Shown in pieces: positions 1 to 12,029 of a stretch of 64,000 bases of DNA. Below the pieces are notes generated by a model. The model was not told where the DNA came from. It did not search any database and saw nothing but the letters and a program-made list of their open reading frames with translations. This stretch comes from Mobula hypostoma (Eukaryota): positions 105,092,001 through 105,156,000 of the forward strand of contig NC_086097.1 of assembly GCF_963921235.1 (NCBI RefSeq), given 5' to 3'. The position numbers and the translations under genes are program-made. The first letter of the stretch is position 1. Each line of letters begins with the position of its first letter.

Positions 1-1215
1 TTCCAAATTAGTTTAAACCCTCCCCAACAGCTCTAACAGTCCATGAGAATATTGGTTCAGGTGCAACCCATCCCTTTTGTACATGTCAAACCTCCCCAGA
101 AGAGATCCCATTGATCCAAGAACCTGAAGCCCTGTGCCCTGCACCAGTTTCTCAGCCACGCATTTATCAGCCAAGTCATCCTGCTACTACCCTCCCTGAC
201 CTGTGGCACAGGTAGCAATCTAGAAATTACTACCCTGCAGGTCCTGCTTCTCAGCTTTCTGCCTAGCTCTCTAAATTCTCTCTTCAGGACATCTTTGCTT
301 TTCCTGCCTATGTCATTGGTACCAATATGTATGAAGACATCTGACTGATCTCCCTCCATCTCCAAAATGCTGTGGACGTGATCCAAGACGTCCCTGATCC
401 TGGTAGCTGGGAGGCAATATGCCATTCAGGTGTCCACATCCAAAGAATCTCCTGTCTGTTCCTTTGACTATTGAGTCCCCTATCACTACCACTCCCTTCT
501 TCTCCCTCTTTCCCTTCTGCACCACAGACCCAAGCTCAGTGCCAGTAACCTGGTCTCCATGGCATTCCCCGGGGTCACCCCACACAACAGTATCCAAAGC
601 AGTACACTTATTATTGAGGGGAATGGCCACAGGGATGCTCCGCTTATTCACATTTGTTTCTCCTGACAGTCACCCAGCTACTCACCTCCTGCAACTGACT
701 ACTTCCCTGTAATTCCGATTGATGATCTCCTTACTCTCCCATACAAGCCAAAGGTCATCTACCTGCTGCTCCAGATCCCTAACAAGGAACTGGAGTTGAA
801 TGCACTTCATGCACATCTAGTTCCCTGGGAGAATCTGAGTCTCCCAGGGAACTAGATCTGGCATGAATAACACACAACGGCCATTTAAACTGCACTAAGT
901 ACCCCTGATACAGTAAGAAAGAAGGGAAACTTAACAGAAACTTACAACTTCCCTAGAGACAATGCCTCTTCCAAGCTGAAGCTTCCTTTGAGCCAAAGCC
1001 TGACACTCCCAGTCTCACCACTGGCCCACTCCAACAATGGCTGCTCCACTTGTCCCTTCTGTGCTTTTACTTGCTTCTCTCTGCACTGCTCCCAATCCTG
1101 ATTGGGCCACTGGAATGACACCAAACACCCACAAAGCTCTCCTTTTAAACGAGTGCAGCCGGCCTGCAAGAAACCTCGTCCCTGTGTGCTTCTCCCGTCC
1201 CTGATTGAGCCATCA
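1..1215 (-). mobile_element. CR1 LINE 5' part (5'UTR + ORF1 SGNH esterase), decayed
   Basis: Minus-strand fragments contain VIGDSIV, HIGTNDIG, WLRNWCR and FLDQWDLFWG, typical of CR1 ORF1 esterase. Frameshifted. Confidence 0.85.
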
Positions 1216-1380
1216 GAGTGATCCTATCTGCTACACTACCAAGCCATCCATGCGTGGTAGGCTGCTATGAAAAATTAGATCATATGGGATCTAGGGAGAG
1301 CTAGTTAATTAGATACATAGGCTTGAGAAGTTAGAACCAAAGATTTAACAAGCTCAGAAAAAAGAGACTGAATATGTTTG

Positions 1381-1660
1381 TTTATTTATTTCTTGAGATA
1401 CAGCATGGAATAGGCCCTTGTGGCTCTTTGAGCCACACTGCCAGCAGCCCCCAATTTAATCTGAGCCTAATCATGGGACAATGAGCAATGAACCTACCGA
1501 TTAGTACATCTTTGGATTGTGGGAGGAAACCAGAGCACACGGAGGAAACCCATGTGGTCATGGGGAAAACATACAAACTCTTTACAGGCAACAGCAGGAA
1601 TTGAACTTGGGTTGTCGGTATGGTAAAGTGTTGTGCTAACCACTATACTGGCATACCACT
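1381..1660 (-). mobile_element. tRNA-derived V-SINE (HE1-like)
   Basis: Minus strand has A-box-like GTGGTTAGCAC, B-box-like GTTCAATTCC, V-domain-like TTTCCTCCCACAATCCAAAGATGT, a CR1-like tail and an (AAAT)n end. Confidence 0.75.
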
Positions 1661-1669
1661 CCAGGAAAA

Positions 1670-3180
1670 CTAGATGAGTGCAAAACTCAAAAGGCTTTGG
1701 AGAGAAGACACTGTATATCTGTATATTCTTAGTCATTTATTCAGCGTAGGTAGGATGATAGTTAAGGCAGTGAAATGCTCCTGCTGTGAGATATGGAATT
1801 TAAGGGTACCTAACAGGCTCTCTGGTGACTACGTCTACAGGAAGTTCACCCAACGTCTGTTCCTGACTGACAAAGTCAAGGAACTGGAACTGGAGCTGGA
1901 GTTAGATATGCTTAGGACCATCCAGGAGGTTCATAGATGAAACTTCCACTGAGGTGATCATACCCAGAGTGCAGGTTTTAGATAGTAGATGGGTGATCAC
2001 CAGGAGAAGTAAGGGAGTAAGCAGTCAGTGCAGGGTTTCACTGTAGCCATTTCTCTCAGCAATTAGTGTATCCCTTTGGATACTGTTGGGGGATAACTAT
2101 CAGGACACAGAGGCAGCACCCAGTGGCACTGTGGCTGACTCCGAAGGTCAACATGAAAAGGTAAAGTCAGGTAGAGTAATAGTGATAGGAACCTAGTAAT
2201 AGTAATAGTGATAGGGGAATGGACAGGAGATTTTGTGGCTGTGAAAGAGATGCAAGATGGTGTGTTGCCTCTCAGGGTCCAAGATGTCTCAAGAGTGGCT
2301 GCAGAATATTCTCAAGGGGAGGGTCATGCTGTACATTGGCACAAATGACATAGGCAGAAATGGGGAATTAGTCCTGCTGAAGAGATGCTGAAGAGCAGGA
2401 CCTCCAAGATAGTAATCCTGGTGCCACATGTGGCTGAGGAACTAGTGCAGGGGTCAGGGTTTTGGATTCTTGGATCATTGGAACCTCTTCTAGGGCAGGG
2501 GTGACCTGTAGAAGAGAGTTGGATTGCAACTAAACTGGAGGGGAACCAATACCCTGATGGGAGGTTCACTAGTCAGGAAGGTTTAAACTAGTTTGGCGGA
2601 GGGATGGGAACCAGAGCACCGGATCCAAAGGTGGAGGAATGCAGAGGAAGATGGATATCAGGGCTAGTAAAAACTGACAGGAGCAAAGAAATAAATATGA
2701 TGGGATGTATAAATTTGAGGAGTGTGTATTTTAATGTCTGCAGTATTATGGGTAAAAGTGATGAAATTAGAGCATGGATCAGGAACGCGTGCTGAATACC
2801 TCAGGGTTTCGATATTTTAGAGAAGATAGAGAGGGAGGTAAAAAAGGAGGAAAGGGGCAATTGCACGACTAATCAGGGGCGATCACAGCTGCACTCAGGG
2901 AGGGCACAAGGAAGGGCTTGTCCACAGCGTCTATATGGGTAAGACTCAAAAATAGGAGAGGTGCAATCACCTTGATGGGGTTGTACTACACACCTCACAA
3001 TAGTCATCAGGCTATTGAGGAACAGATATACAGAATAAGGGAAGGAGTAAAAACAATAGGGTTGTTGTCATGGGAGACTTCAACTTCCCTAATATAAACT
3101 GGGACCTTCTTAATGTAAAATGTTTAGATGGGGCTGAATTTGGTAAATGCATCCAGGAGGGTTTCATAAATCAATACACA
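1670..3180 (+). mobile_element. Old CR1 LINE: ORF1 and start of ORF2 AP endonuclease
   Basis: CSCCEIW zinc-finger/coiled-coil start, decayed esterase, then VYFNVCSI and GDFNFP endonuclease motifs. Confidence 0.8.
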
Positions 3181-3531
3181 AATAAAAAAGATCTAGTGCT
3201 TTCCAGGCATGTATGAAAAATAAACTCCTCTTCCAGCTAGGTCCAGGTGTTGATTTCAACCAATGTTTTCATGACCAGCTCTGTAATCTTCATCAAGGAT
3301 GATAACTAGGTGTTTCTAGCCTGGTGGCATATATGCTCAACTCCCATTGTCCGTCCCTCCTGATTGGTTAGTTTTCAACTAATCAAGTTTTCACTTGCCC
3401 ACCTTGTTTTGGAATACGATTTTAAACAAGGTGGGACAACGGAACTCTGATTGGTTAATCTTCAACTGGAAGTGGACTAATATCCTAGCAGGAAGGTTTG
3501 TTGATGCTGCACAGTGGGGTTTAAACTAGAG

Positions 3532-4680
3532 TTAGAAACATAGAAAACCTACAGCACAATACAGGCCCTTTGGCCCACAAAGTTGTGCCGAACATGTCCC
3601 TACCTTAGAAATTATTAGGGTTACCCATAGCCCTCTATCTTTCCAAGCTCCATGTACCTATCCAAAAGTTTCTTAAAAGACCCTATCGTATCCGCCTCCA
3701 CCACAGTTGCTGGCAGCCCATTCCACACACTCACCACTCTCTGAGTAAAAAAACTTACCCCTGACATCTCCTCTGTACGTACTCCCAAGCAACTTAAACC
3801 TGTGCCCTCTTGTGGCAGCCATTTCAGCCCTGGGAGAAAGCCTCTGACTATCCACATGATCAATACCTCTCATCATCTTATACACTTTTATCAGGTCACC
3901 TCTCCTCCGTCGCTCCAAGGAGAAAAGGCCGAGTTCACTCAACCTATTCTTATAAGGCATGCGCCCCAATTCAGGCAACATTCTTTTAAATCTCCTCTGC
4001 ACCCTTTCTATGGTTTCCACATCCTTCCAGAGGCGACCAGAACTGAGAACAGTGCTCCAAGTGGGGTCTGACCAGGGTTCTATATAGCTGCAACATTAAC
4101 TCTCGGCTCCTAAATTCAATTCCACAACTAATGAAGGCCAATACACCATATGCCTTCTTAACCACAGAGTCAACCTGCGCAGCTGCTTTGAACGTCCTAT
4201 GGACTCGGACCCCAAGATCCCTTTGATCCTCCACACTGCCAAGAGTCTTACCATTAATACTATATTCTGCCATCATATTTGACCTACCAAATTGACCACC
4301 TCACCCTTATCTGGGTTGAACTCCATCTGCCACTTCTCAGCCCAGTTTTGCATCCTATCAATGTCCCGCTGTAACCTCTGACAGCCCTCCCCACTATCCA
4401 CAACACCCCCAACCTTTGTGTCATCAACAAACTTACTAACCCATCCCTCTACTTCCTCATCTAGGTCATTTATAAAAATCACGAAGAGTAAAGGTCCCAG
4501 AACAGATCCCTGAGGCACACCACTGGTCATTGACCTCCATGCAGAATATGACCCGTCTACAACCACTCTTTGCCTTCTGTGGGCAAGCTGGTTCTGGATC
4601 CACAAACCAATGTCCCCATAGATCCCATGCCTCCTTACTTTCTCAATAAGCCTTGCATGGGGTACCTTATCAAATGCCTT
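3532..4680 (-). mobile_element. 5'-truncated CR1 (RT + 3'UTR, (TTTCTATG)n tail) nested in the ORF1/ORF2 spacer of a + strand CR1
   Basis: [26 protein letters not shown] and LVRPHLE motifs. Host sequence GTTTAAACTAGAGT|TGCAGGGGGATGGGAACC is split around it. Confidence 0.9.
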
Positions 4681-5825
4681 GCAGGGGGATGGGAACCAGA
4701 GTGCCAGAACAATTAGTGGAGAGGTTGTGGAGACAGATGTTGGTAAGACCTTAGACAAAGTTGGGAATCAAAAGGTTGAGCATAGTGAGCAGGGTCCTGA
4801 GCTGCACATATTTCAATGCAAGAAGTATTGGAGGAAAAGCAGATATCAGTACTGAAGATGAAGTAGCTGGTTTACAAACAGAGGCAATGTGTAGTCAGGA
4901 GAGGATGTTGATCGGCAAAATTACAGTAAACAGGATGAGTTGCAATGTAAAAGGCAAACAGAATTGAAAAGGGTGCATACAGGACTGAAGGTGTTACATT
5001 TGAATGTGCGCAGTATATGGAATAAGGTAGATGAATTTGCAGCACAGTTGCAGACTGGCATGTATGATGTCATAGTCATCATGGCTGAAAGAAGATTATA
5101 GCTGGGAGCTTAATGTCCAAGAATACACATTGTATCAAAAGAACTGGCTAGAAGGCAGAGGGTGCAGCATTGCTCTGTTAGAAAAAAGTGGAATCAAATC
5201 ATTAGAAAGAGGTAACACAGCGTCGGAAGGTGTCGAATCATTGTAGATCGAGCTAAGGAGCTGCAAGAGTAAAAAGACCCTGATGAGAGTTGTATACAGA
5301 CACCTAAACAGTAGTAACGATATGGTCTACAGATTACAATGGGCGATAGAAAATGCATGCCAAAAGGGCAATGTTACAATAGTCATGGGGGACTTCAATA
5401 TGCAGGTAGATTGGGAAAATCAGGTTGGTGCTGGATTTCAGGAGGGGGAATGTCTAGAGTGCCTATGAGATGGCTTTTTAGAGCAGCTTGGGGTTGAGCC
5501 ACAAGCCCACAATCAGCTATTCTGGATTGGCTGTTGTGCAATGAACCAGAACTGATTAGAGGGCTTAAGATAAAAGAACCCTTAGGGGAAAATGATCATA
5601 ATATGATCAAATTGGGAAGCTCTTAAAAACCAGCAGAAGGCAACTAAAGAAGTCATTAAGAAGGTAAAGATGAAATACGAAGATAAGGTAGCCAATAATA
5701 TTAAAGAGGATACCAAAAGTTTCTTCAGATACAAGGAGTGTAAGAGAGAGGACTACTGGGACACTAAGCTGGAGAGGTAATAATGGGGGACAATGAAATG
5801 ACAGATGAACTAAATAAATATTTTG

Positions 5826-5936
5826 GCAACATACATCAAAGTTGCTGGTGAACACAGCAGGCCAAGCAGCATCTCTAGGAAGAGGTGCAGTCGACGTTTC
5901 AGGCCGAGACCCTTCGTCAGGACTAACTGAAGGAAG
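5826..5936 (-). mobile_element. Penelope-like solo pLTR fragment with 15-bp TSD
   Basis: Flanked by TAAATAAATATTTTG at 5811-5825 and 5937-5951. Same sequence is attached to a Penelope RT fragment at 38381-38943. Confidence 0.85.
5889..5924 (-). ncRNA. Minimal type I hammerhead ribozyme motif
   Basis: Minus strand reads AGUC-CUGACGA-AGG(GUCUCGG)CCU-GAAAC-GUC-GACU: intact core, stem I AGUC/GACU, stem II AGG/CCU, palindromic ACGU helix III. Confidence 0.8.
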
Positions 5937-7329
5937 TAAATAAATATTTTGCATCATTCTTCACTGTGGAAGACACTAGCAGTATAGTGGAAGTTCCATG
6001 TGTCAGGGGTCATTAAGTGTGTGAAGTTACCATTGCTAGAGAGAAGGTTCTTAGAGAACTGAAAGGTCTGAAGATAGATATGTCACCTGGACCAAATGGT
6101 ATACACCCCATGGTTCTGAAAGAGGTGGCTGAAGAGATCGTGGAGGCATTAGTAATTATCTTTCAAGAATCACTAGGTTCTGGAATGGTTCCGGAAAACT
6201 GGAAAATTACAAATGTCACTCCATATCTTAAGGGAGGGGGAGAGGCAGAAGAAAGGAAATTGATGACCAGTTAGTCTGACCTCAGTGGATGGGAAGATGC
6301 TGGGTATTAAAGATGAGGTTCTGGGGTACTTGGAGGCACATGATAAAATAGACTATGGTCAGCATGGTATCCTCAAGGGAATATCTTGCCTGACAAATCT
6401 GTTGGAATTCTTTGAAGAAACAAGAAGCAGTGTAAGGAGAATCAGTTGATGTTGTGTACTTGAATTTTCAGAAGGTCTTTAACAAGCTACGAACTAATGA
6501 TATTACAGGAAAGATTCTAGCATGGATTAAGCAGTGACTGAATGGCATGAGGCAAAGAGTGGGAATAAGAGAGCCTTTTCAAACTGGCTGTCAGTGACTA
6601 GTGTGTTGAGACCAATTATTTTTATGTTATATGTCAATGATGGGTGATGGAATTGATGGCTTTGTTGCAAAGTTTGCAGAAGATTTGAAGATTGGTGGAG
6701 GGGCAGGTAGTTTTGAGGAAGTAAAGAGGCTACAGAAGAACTTAGATTAGGAGAATGGAAAAAGAAATGGTAGATGGGATACAGTGTCGAGCAGTGTTTG
6801 GTCATGCACTTTCATAGAAAAAATGAAAGGAATAACTATTTTTAAATGGACAGTTTATACAAAAAACTGAGGCGTTAAGGGACATAGGAGTCCTTGTGCA
6901 GGATTTCCTAAAGGTTAATTTGCATGTTGAGTCTGTGGTGAGGAAGGCAAATGCAGTATTAGCATTCATTTCAAGAGGACTAGAATATAAAAGCAAGGAT
7001 GTAATGTTGAGGCTTTATGAAGTACTGGTGAGGCCTCACTTGGAGTATTGTGAACAAGTTTGGGCACTTTATCTTAGAAACGATGTGCTGAAACTAGAGA
7101 GGGTTCAATGGAGGTTCACGAAAATGATCCTAGGATTACCATATGAAGAGCATTTGATTGCTCTAGGCCTGTATTCACTAGGATTCAGAAGAATGAGGGT
7201 TGACCTCCTTAAAACCTATCGGACGGTGAAGGGCCCTAATAAACTGGATATGAAAAGGATGTTTTCTATGGTGGAAGAATCCAAGACCAGAGGACACATT
7301 TCTGATATCATCAAAATTGACCTTTCTTC

Positions 7330-8058
7330 ATATAGAACATAGAATAGTACAGTACATTACCAGCCCTTCAGCCCACAATATTGTGCCGACCCTCAAACCC
7401 TGCCTCCCATATATCCCCCCCACCTTAAATTCCTCCATATACCTGTCTAATAGTCTCTTAAACTTCACTAGTGTGAAGTTAAACTTCACTTAAACTCCAC
7501 CACTGACTCAGGCAGTGCATTCCACGCACCAATCACTCTCTGAGTAAAAAACCTTCCTCTAATATCCCCCTTGAACTTCCTACCCCTTACCTTAAAGCCA
7601 TGTCCTCTTGTATTGAGCAGTGGTGCCCTGGGGAAGAAGCGCTGGCTATCCACTCTATCTATTCCTCTTATTATCTTGTACACCTCTATCATGTCTCCTC
7701 TCATCCTCCTTCTCTCCAAAGAGTAAAGCCCTAGCTCCCTTAATCTCTGATCATAATGCATACTCTCTAAACCAGGCAGCATCCTGGTAAATCTCCTCTG
7801 TACCCTTTCCAATGCTTCCACATCCTTCCTATAGTGAGGCGACCAGAACTGGACACAGTACTCCAAGTGTGGCCTAACCAGAGTTTTATAGAGCTGCATC
7901 ATTACCTCACGACTCTTAAACTCTATCCCTCGACTTATGAAAGCTAACACCCCATAAGCTTTCTTAACTACCCTATCTACCTGTGAGGCAACTTTCAGGG
8001 ATCTGTGGACATGTACCCCCAGATCCCTCTGCTCCTCTACACTACCAAGTATCCTGCC
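7330..8058 (-). mobile_element. Young 5'-truncated CR1 3' end (same subfamily as the 50160 element)
   Basis: Open ORF2 C-terminus (LVRPHLEYCVQFWSPHYRKD...FFTQRV) and a (GTTCTAT)-type tail. Confidence 0.9.
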
Positions 8059-8059
8059 A

Positions 8060-10480
8060 AGAATCTCAACTCACAGAACAGACCTTTCTTTTTGCATTTT
8101 AATGTGAAACTAATGGCATTGTGGTCACTGGATGTGAAGTGTTCCCCTACACAAACTTCTGTCACATTCCCCAATAGCAGATCCAGTATCACACTCTTTG
8201 GGGACATCTTACATACTGATGAAGGAAACTTTCCTGAACACATTAGACAAACTCTATCCTATCTAGTAGTTTTACAGTATGGGATTCCCAGTCACTATGT
8301 GGAAAGTTAAAATCACCTACTATAACAACCTCATGTTTCTTGCAGCAGCCTGTAATCTCTTTACAAATTTCTTCCATTAAATCCCTTGGACTGTTGGGTG
8401 ATCTGAAATATAGCCCCATTTTCGCATACCTTTCTTATTTCTCAGTTCCACCCATAACATCTCACTAGTCGAGTTCTCTGGTCTGTCTTGATGGAGCACT
8501 GCCACGACACTTTCCCTGACTACTACTCCTTTAATCACTCCTGCTCTGTTACGTATAAAGTAACAGAACCCCAGAATATTGAGCTGCCAGTCCTGCCCTT
8601 CCTGCAATTGTGTCTGACAAGTTAATACAACATCATAATTGCAGTTGTTGATCCATGCCCTGAGCTCATCTGCCTTTCCTACGATACTTCTTACATTGAA
8701 AAATATACAGATCAGGATACTAGTTGCACCATGCTCAACCTTTTGATTCCTGACTTTGTCTAAGGTCTTTCCAACATCTGTCTCCACAATTTCTCCATGG
8801 ACTGCTCTGGCAATCTGGTTCCTATCCCCTGCAGCTCTAGTTTAAATCCCACCATGCAGCATTAACATCCACTAGGATATTAGTCCCCTTCCAGTTCAGG
8901 TGCAAACCATCCCTTCTGTACAGGTCCCACCTTCCCTGGAAGAGAGCCCAATGATCCAAAAATCTGAAGCTCTCCTTCCTACACCAACTTCTTAGCCACA
9001 TATTAAACTGTAATAATCTTCCTAGTTCTGGCCTCAGTGGAACATGGCATGGGTAGCAATCCTGAGATCACAACTCTGCAGGACCTGATCTTTAACTTAG
9101 CACCCAATTCCCTGATTTCCCCACGCAGAACCTCATCACTTGTCCTACCCATGTCATTGGTGCCTACGTGAACCTCTAGCTGTTCACCCTCCTACTTAAG
9201 AATATTGAGGACTTTATCTGAGATGTCCCAGACCCTGGCACCGGGAGGCAACATACCATCTGGGAATCTAGTTCCACACAACCTCCTGTCTATTCCCTTA
9301 ACTAATGAATCCCATAAGACCATTAAGAATTAGGGCATTCGGCCCATCAAGTCTGCTCTGCCATTCAATCAAGGCTGATCCTTTTTTCCACTCCAGCCTT
9401 CTCCCTGTAACCTTAGATGTCATCTCCAATCAAGAACCTATCAAGCTCTGCCTTAAATACACCCAACGACCTGGTCTCCACAGATGCCTGTGGTAATGAA
9501 TTCCACACATTCACCACCCTCTGACTAAAGAAGTTTCTCTGCGTCACTGTTTTAAATGGACGCCCCTATATCCTGAAGCTGTACCCTCTTGTCCTAGACT
9601 CCCCCACCATGGGAAACATCCTTTCCACATCTAGTCTGTTTAGGCCTTTCAACATTTGAAAGGTTTTAAAGAAATCACCCCTCATCCTTCTAAATTCCAG
9701 CGAGTACAAATGTTCCTCATATGATAACCCTTTCATTCCCAGAATCCCCCCATCACCACAGCGTGCCTCTTCTCCCCACCCATCATGAGCCACAGAGGCA
9801 GACTCAGTGCCAGAGACCCAACCACTGTGACTTTCCTCTGTAAGATCATCCCTCACCCTGAGAGTATCCAAAGTGATGTACTTGTTGTTGAGGGGATGGC
9901 CACAGGGGTGCTCTGCACTGACACCTTAACTGCTTTCCCCTTCCTGACTGTCACCTAGTTTCCTGTGTCCTGCATCTTGGGTGTAACTACCTCTCTATAC
10001 GGCCATTCTCAGTTTCCTGAATGATCTGGAGCTCATCCAATTCCAGCTCCAGCTCCTTAATGTGGATTGTTCGAAGCTTCAACTGGAAGCACTTCACGGT
10101 GTTGTAGTTGTCAGGGACACTGGAGGTCTCCCTGCCTTCCCACATCCCACAAGAGAGCATTCAACTATTCTGCCTGGCATTTCTACTGTCCTAACTGAGC
10201 AGATGTAAAGAAGGAAAACTGATTTTACCTAGAGCTTTTCTTTTTATTTGCTTTCTCCGACTGAAGCCTTGAAGAGCTAAGACCTTACGACTAACTCTGA
10301 CCACTCCAACTATGACCACTGCGCTACCCCGACTTCCATTAATTTACTCTTTGTAATCAATCTCAAATACTGGTTGTTGGTCAGTGCTCCAAGTAAGCTG
10401 CCACGATCCACCACTGTCTTTTCCTACTTGGTCAGTGGACCTGAGTGAAATCCCCTCCTCTCAAACTTCTTATGTCCAGA
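8060..10480 (-). mobile_element. Decayed CR1 5' half (5'UTR, ORF1, APE) with a nested CR1 3' fragment at ~9312-9745
   Basis: FFNVRSIVGKADELRAW and SSDHNAISF motifs, esterase remnants, nested YSLEFRRMRGD fragment. Confidence 0.8.
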
Positions 10481-10860
10481 TTGGTCACTGGTCAGAGCTC
10501 CCAAATGCTGATTGATCACTGATAAAATTTTTAAAAATTCATGAATAAATTTAGAAACTTTCTGTTCCATTCCCTCCTCCAGGTCAATAATGTGAATAGT
10601 AAACAATTGAGGGTCAAGCATCCCCCCAGTCTGAAAAATATCCTTTTATTCTCGCTCTTTGTTTCTATGTATGAACCTCTTTTTAATCTATTCTAACATA
10701 CTTCTAACAATACCTAGCTGGGACAGACACTCATGTACTGGTTTAAAGTGAAAAGGGGTATATGAAGGGTAAGTTTTTCAGAGACTATGGCAAATATTCC
10801 TAGGCTGACAGATGGACTAACTTCAAATAACAGGAAGGAACTTGTTGCTCCCTTCACACT

Positions 10861-11262
10861 TAGAAACCATAGAAACTACAGCACAGAAACAGGCCTTTTG
10901 GCCCTTCTTGGCTGTGCCGAACCATTTTCTGCCTAGTCCCACTGACCTGCACACGGACCATATCCCTCCATACACCTCCCATCCATGCATCTGTCCAATT
11001 TATTCTTAAATGTTAAAAAAGAACCCGCATTTACCACCTCGTCTGGCAGCTCATTCCATACTCCCACCACTCTCTGTGTGAAGAAGCCCCCACTAATGTT
11101 CCCTTTAAACTTTTCCCCCCTCACCCTTAACCCATGTCCTCTGGTTTTTTTCTCCCCTTGCCTCAGTGGAAAAAGCCTGCTTGCATTCACTCTATCTATA
11201 CCCATCATAATTTTATATACCTCTATCAAATCACCCCTCATTCTTCTATGCTCCAGGGAATC
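10861..11262 (-). mobile_element. Young CR1 3' fragment ((GGTTCTAT)n-tail subfamily)
   Basis: Nearly identical to 17335-17921, 53586-53834 and 55376-55792. Confidence 0.9.
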
Positions 11263-12025
11263 TAGCTGGTTCAGTTGATTTATCCACCTTAAGACCTTTG
11301 AGTTTACCTAGCACTTTTCCCTTTTTAATAGCAATAACACACACTCCTGCTCCCTGCCACTCATAGACCTCTGGCATACAGCTAGTGTCTTCCACAGTAA
11401 AGACTGAAGCAGAGTACTTATTAAGTTCATCTGCTATTTCTTTGTCCCTCATTACTACCTCACCAGCATCATTTCTCAGTGGTCCAATATCAACTCTCAC
11501 CTCCATTTTATTCTTTATATAACTGAAAAGCTTTATATTATTGTCTAGTTTGCCCTCATAATTCAGATTTCCCCTTCTTATAGCTTTTTAGTTGCCTTTT
11601 GTTGGATTTTAAAAGCTTCCCAATCATCCAACTTCCCACTCACTTCTGCTACCTTATATGCCCTTCCCTTGGTTTTTATGCAGTTGTTAACTTCCCTTGT
11701 CAGTCATAGTTGCCTAACTCTGCTATTTGAGAACTCCTGCACAATATGAACTATTCCCAGTTACTTCAGCCACCTCTGTTCTGCCATCAACCCCGCCAGT
11801 ATGGCTTTCCAATTCGCCCAGGTAAGTTCTTCAATCATGCCTCTGTAATTCCATTGCGACACTGATACATGTGACTTGTACTTCTCCCTCTCAAATTGCA
11901 GTATGAATTTAATCATATTATGATCATTGCCTCTTAAGGGTTCCGTTGCATTAAGCTCCCTAATAAGATCTGGCTTATTACACAACACCTAGTTTAAGAT
12001 AGCCTTTCCCTGAGGAGGCTCAAGT
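11263..12025 (-). mobile_element. Old CR1 ORF2 fragment
   Basis: NDHNMIKF, ELNKYSASVFTVED and LKVDKS motifs. Confidence 0.8.
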
Positions 12026-12029
12026 TTAA

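Larger units (their letters stand above)
4840..7300 (+). mobile_element. Decayed CR1 ORF2 (APE + RT), second subfamily
   Basis: MGDFNMQVDW, SPGPNGIHP, NVTP and LVRPHLEYC motifs with many stops and frameshifts. Confidence 0.85.

Noticed and set aside
57..651. SGNH/GDSL esterase as a cellular enzyme gene
   Set aside because: Frameshifted, multi-copy and always next to ORF2 sequence; it is the known CR1 ORF1 esterase domain.
1580..1660. tRNA gene
   Set aside because: Only decayed A/B boxes continuing into a SINE body; no convincing cloverleaf.
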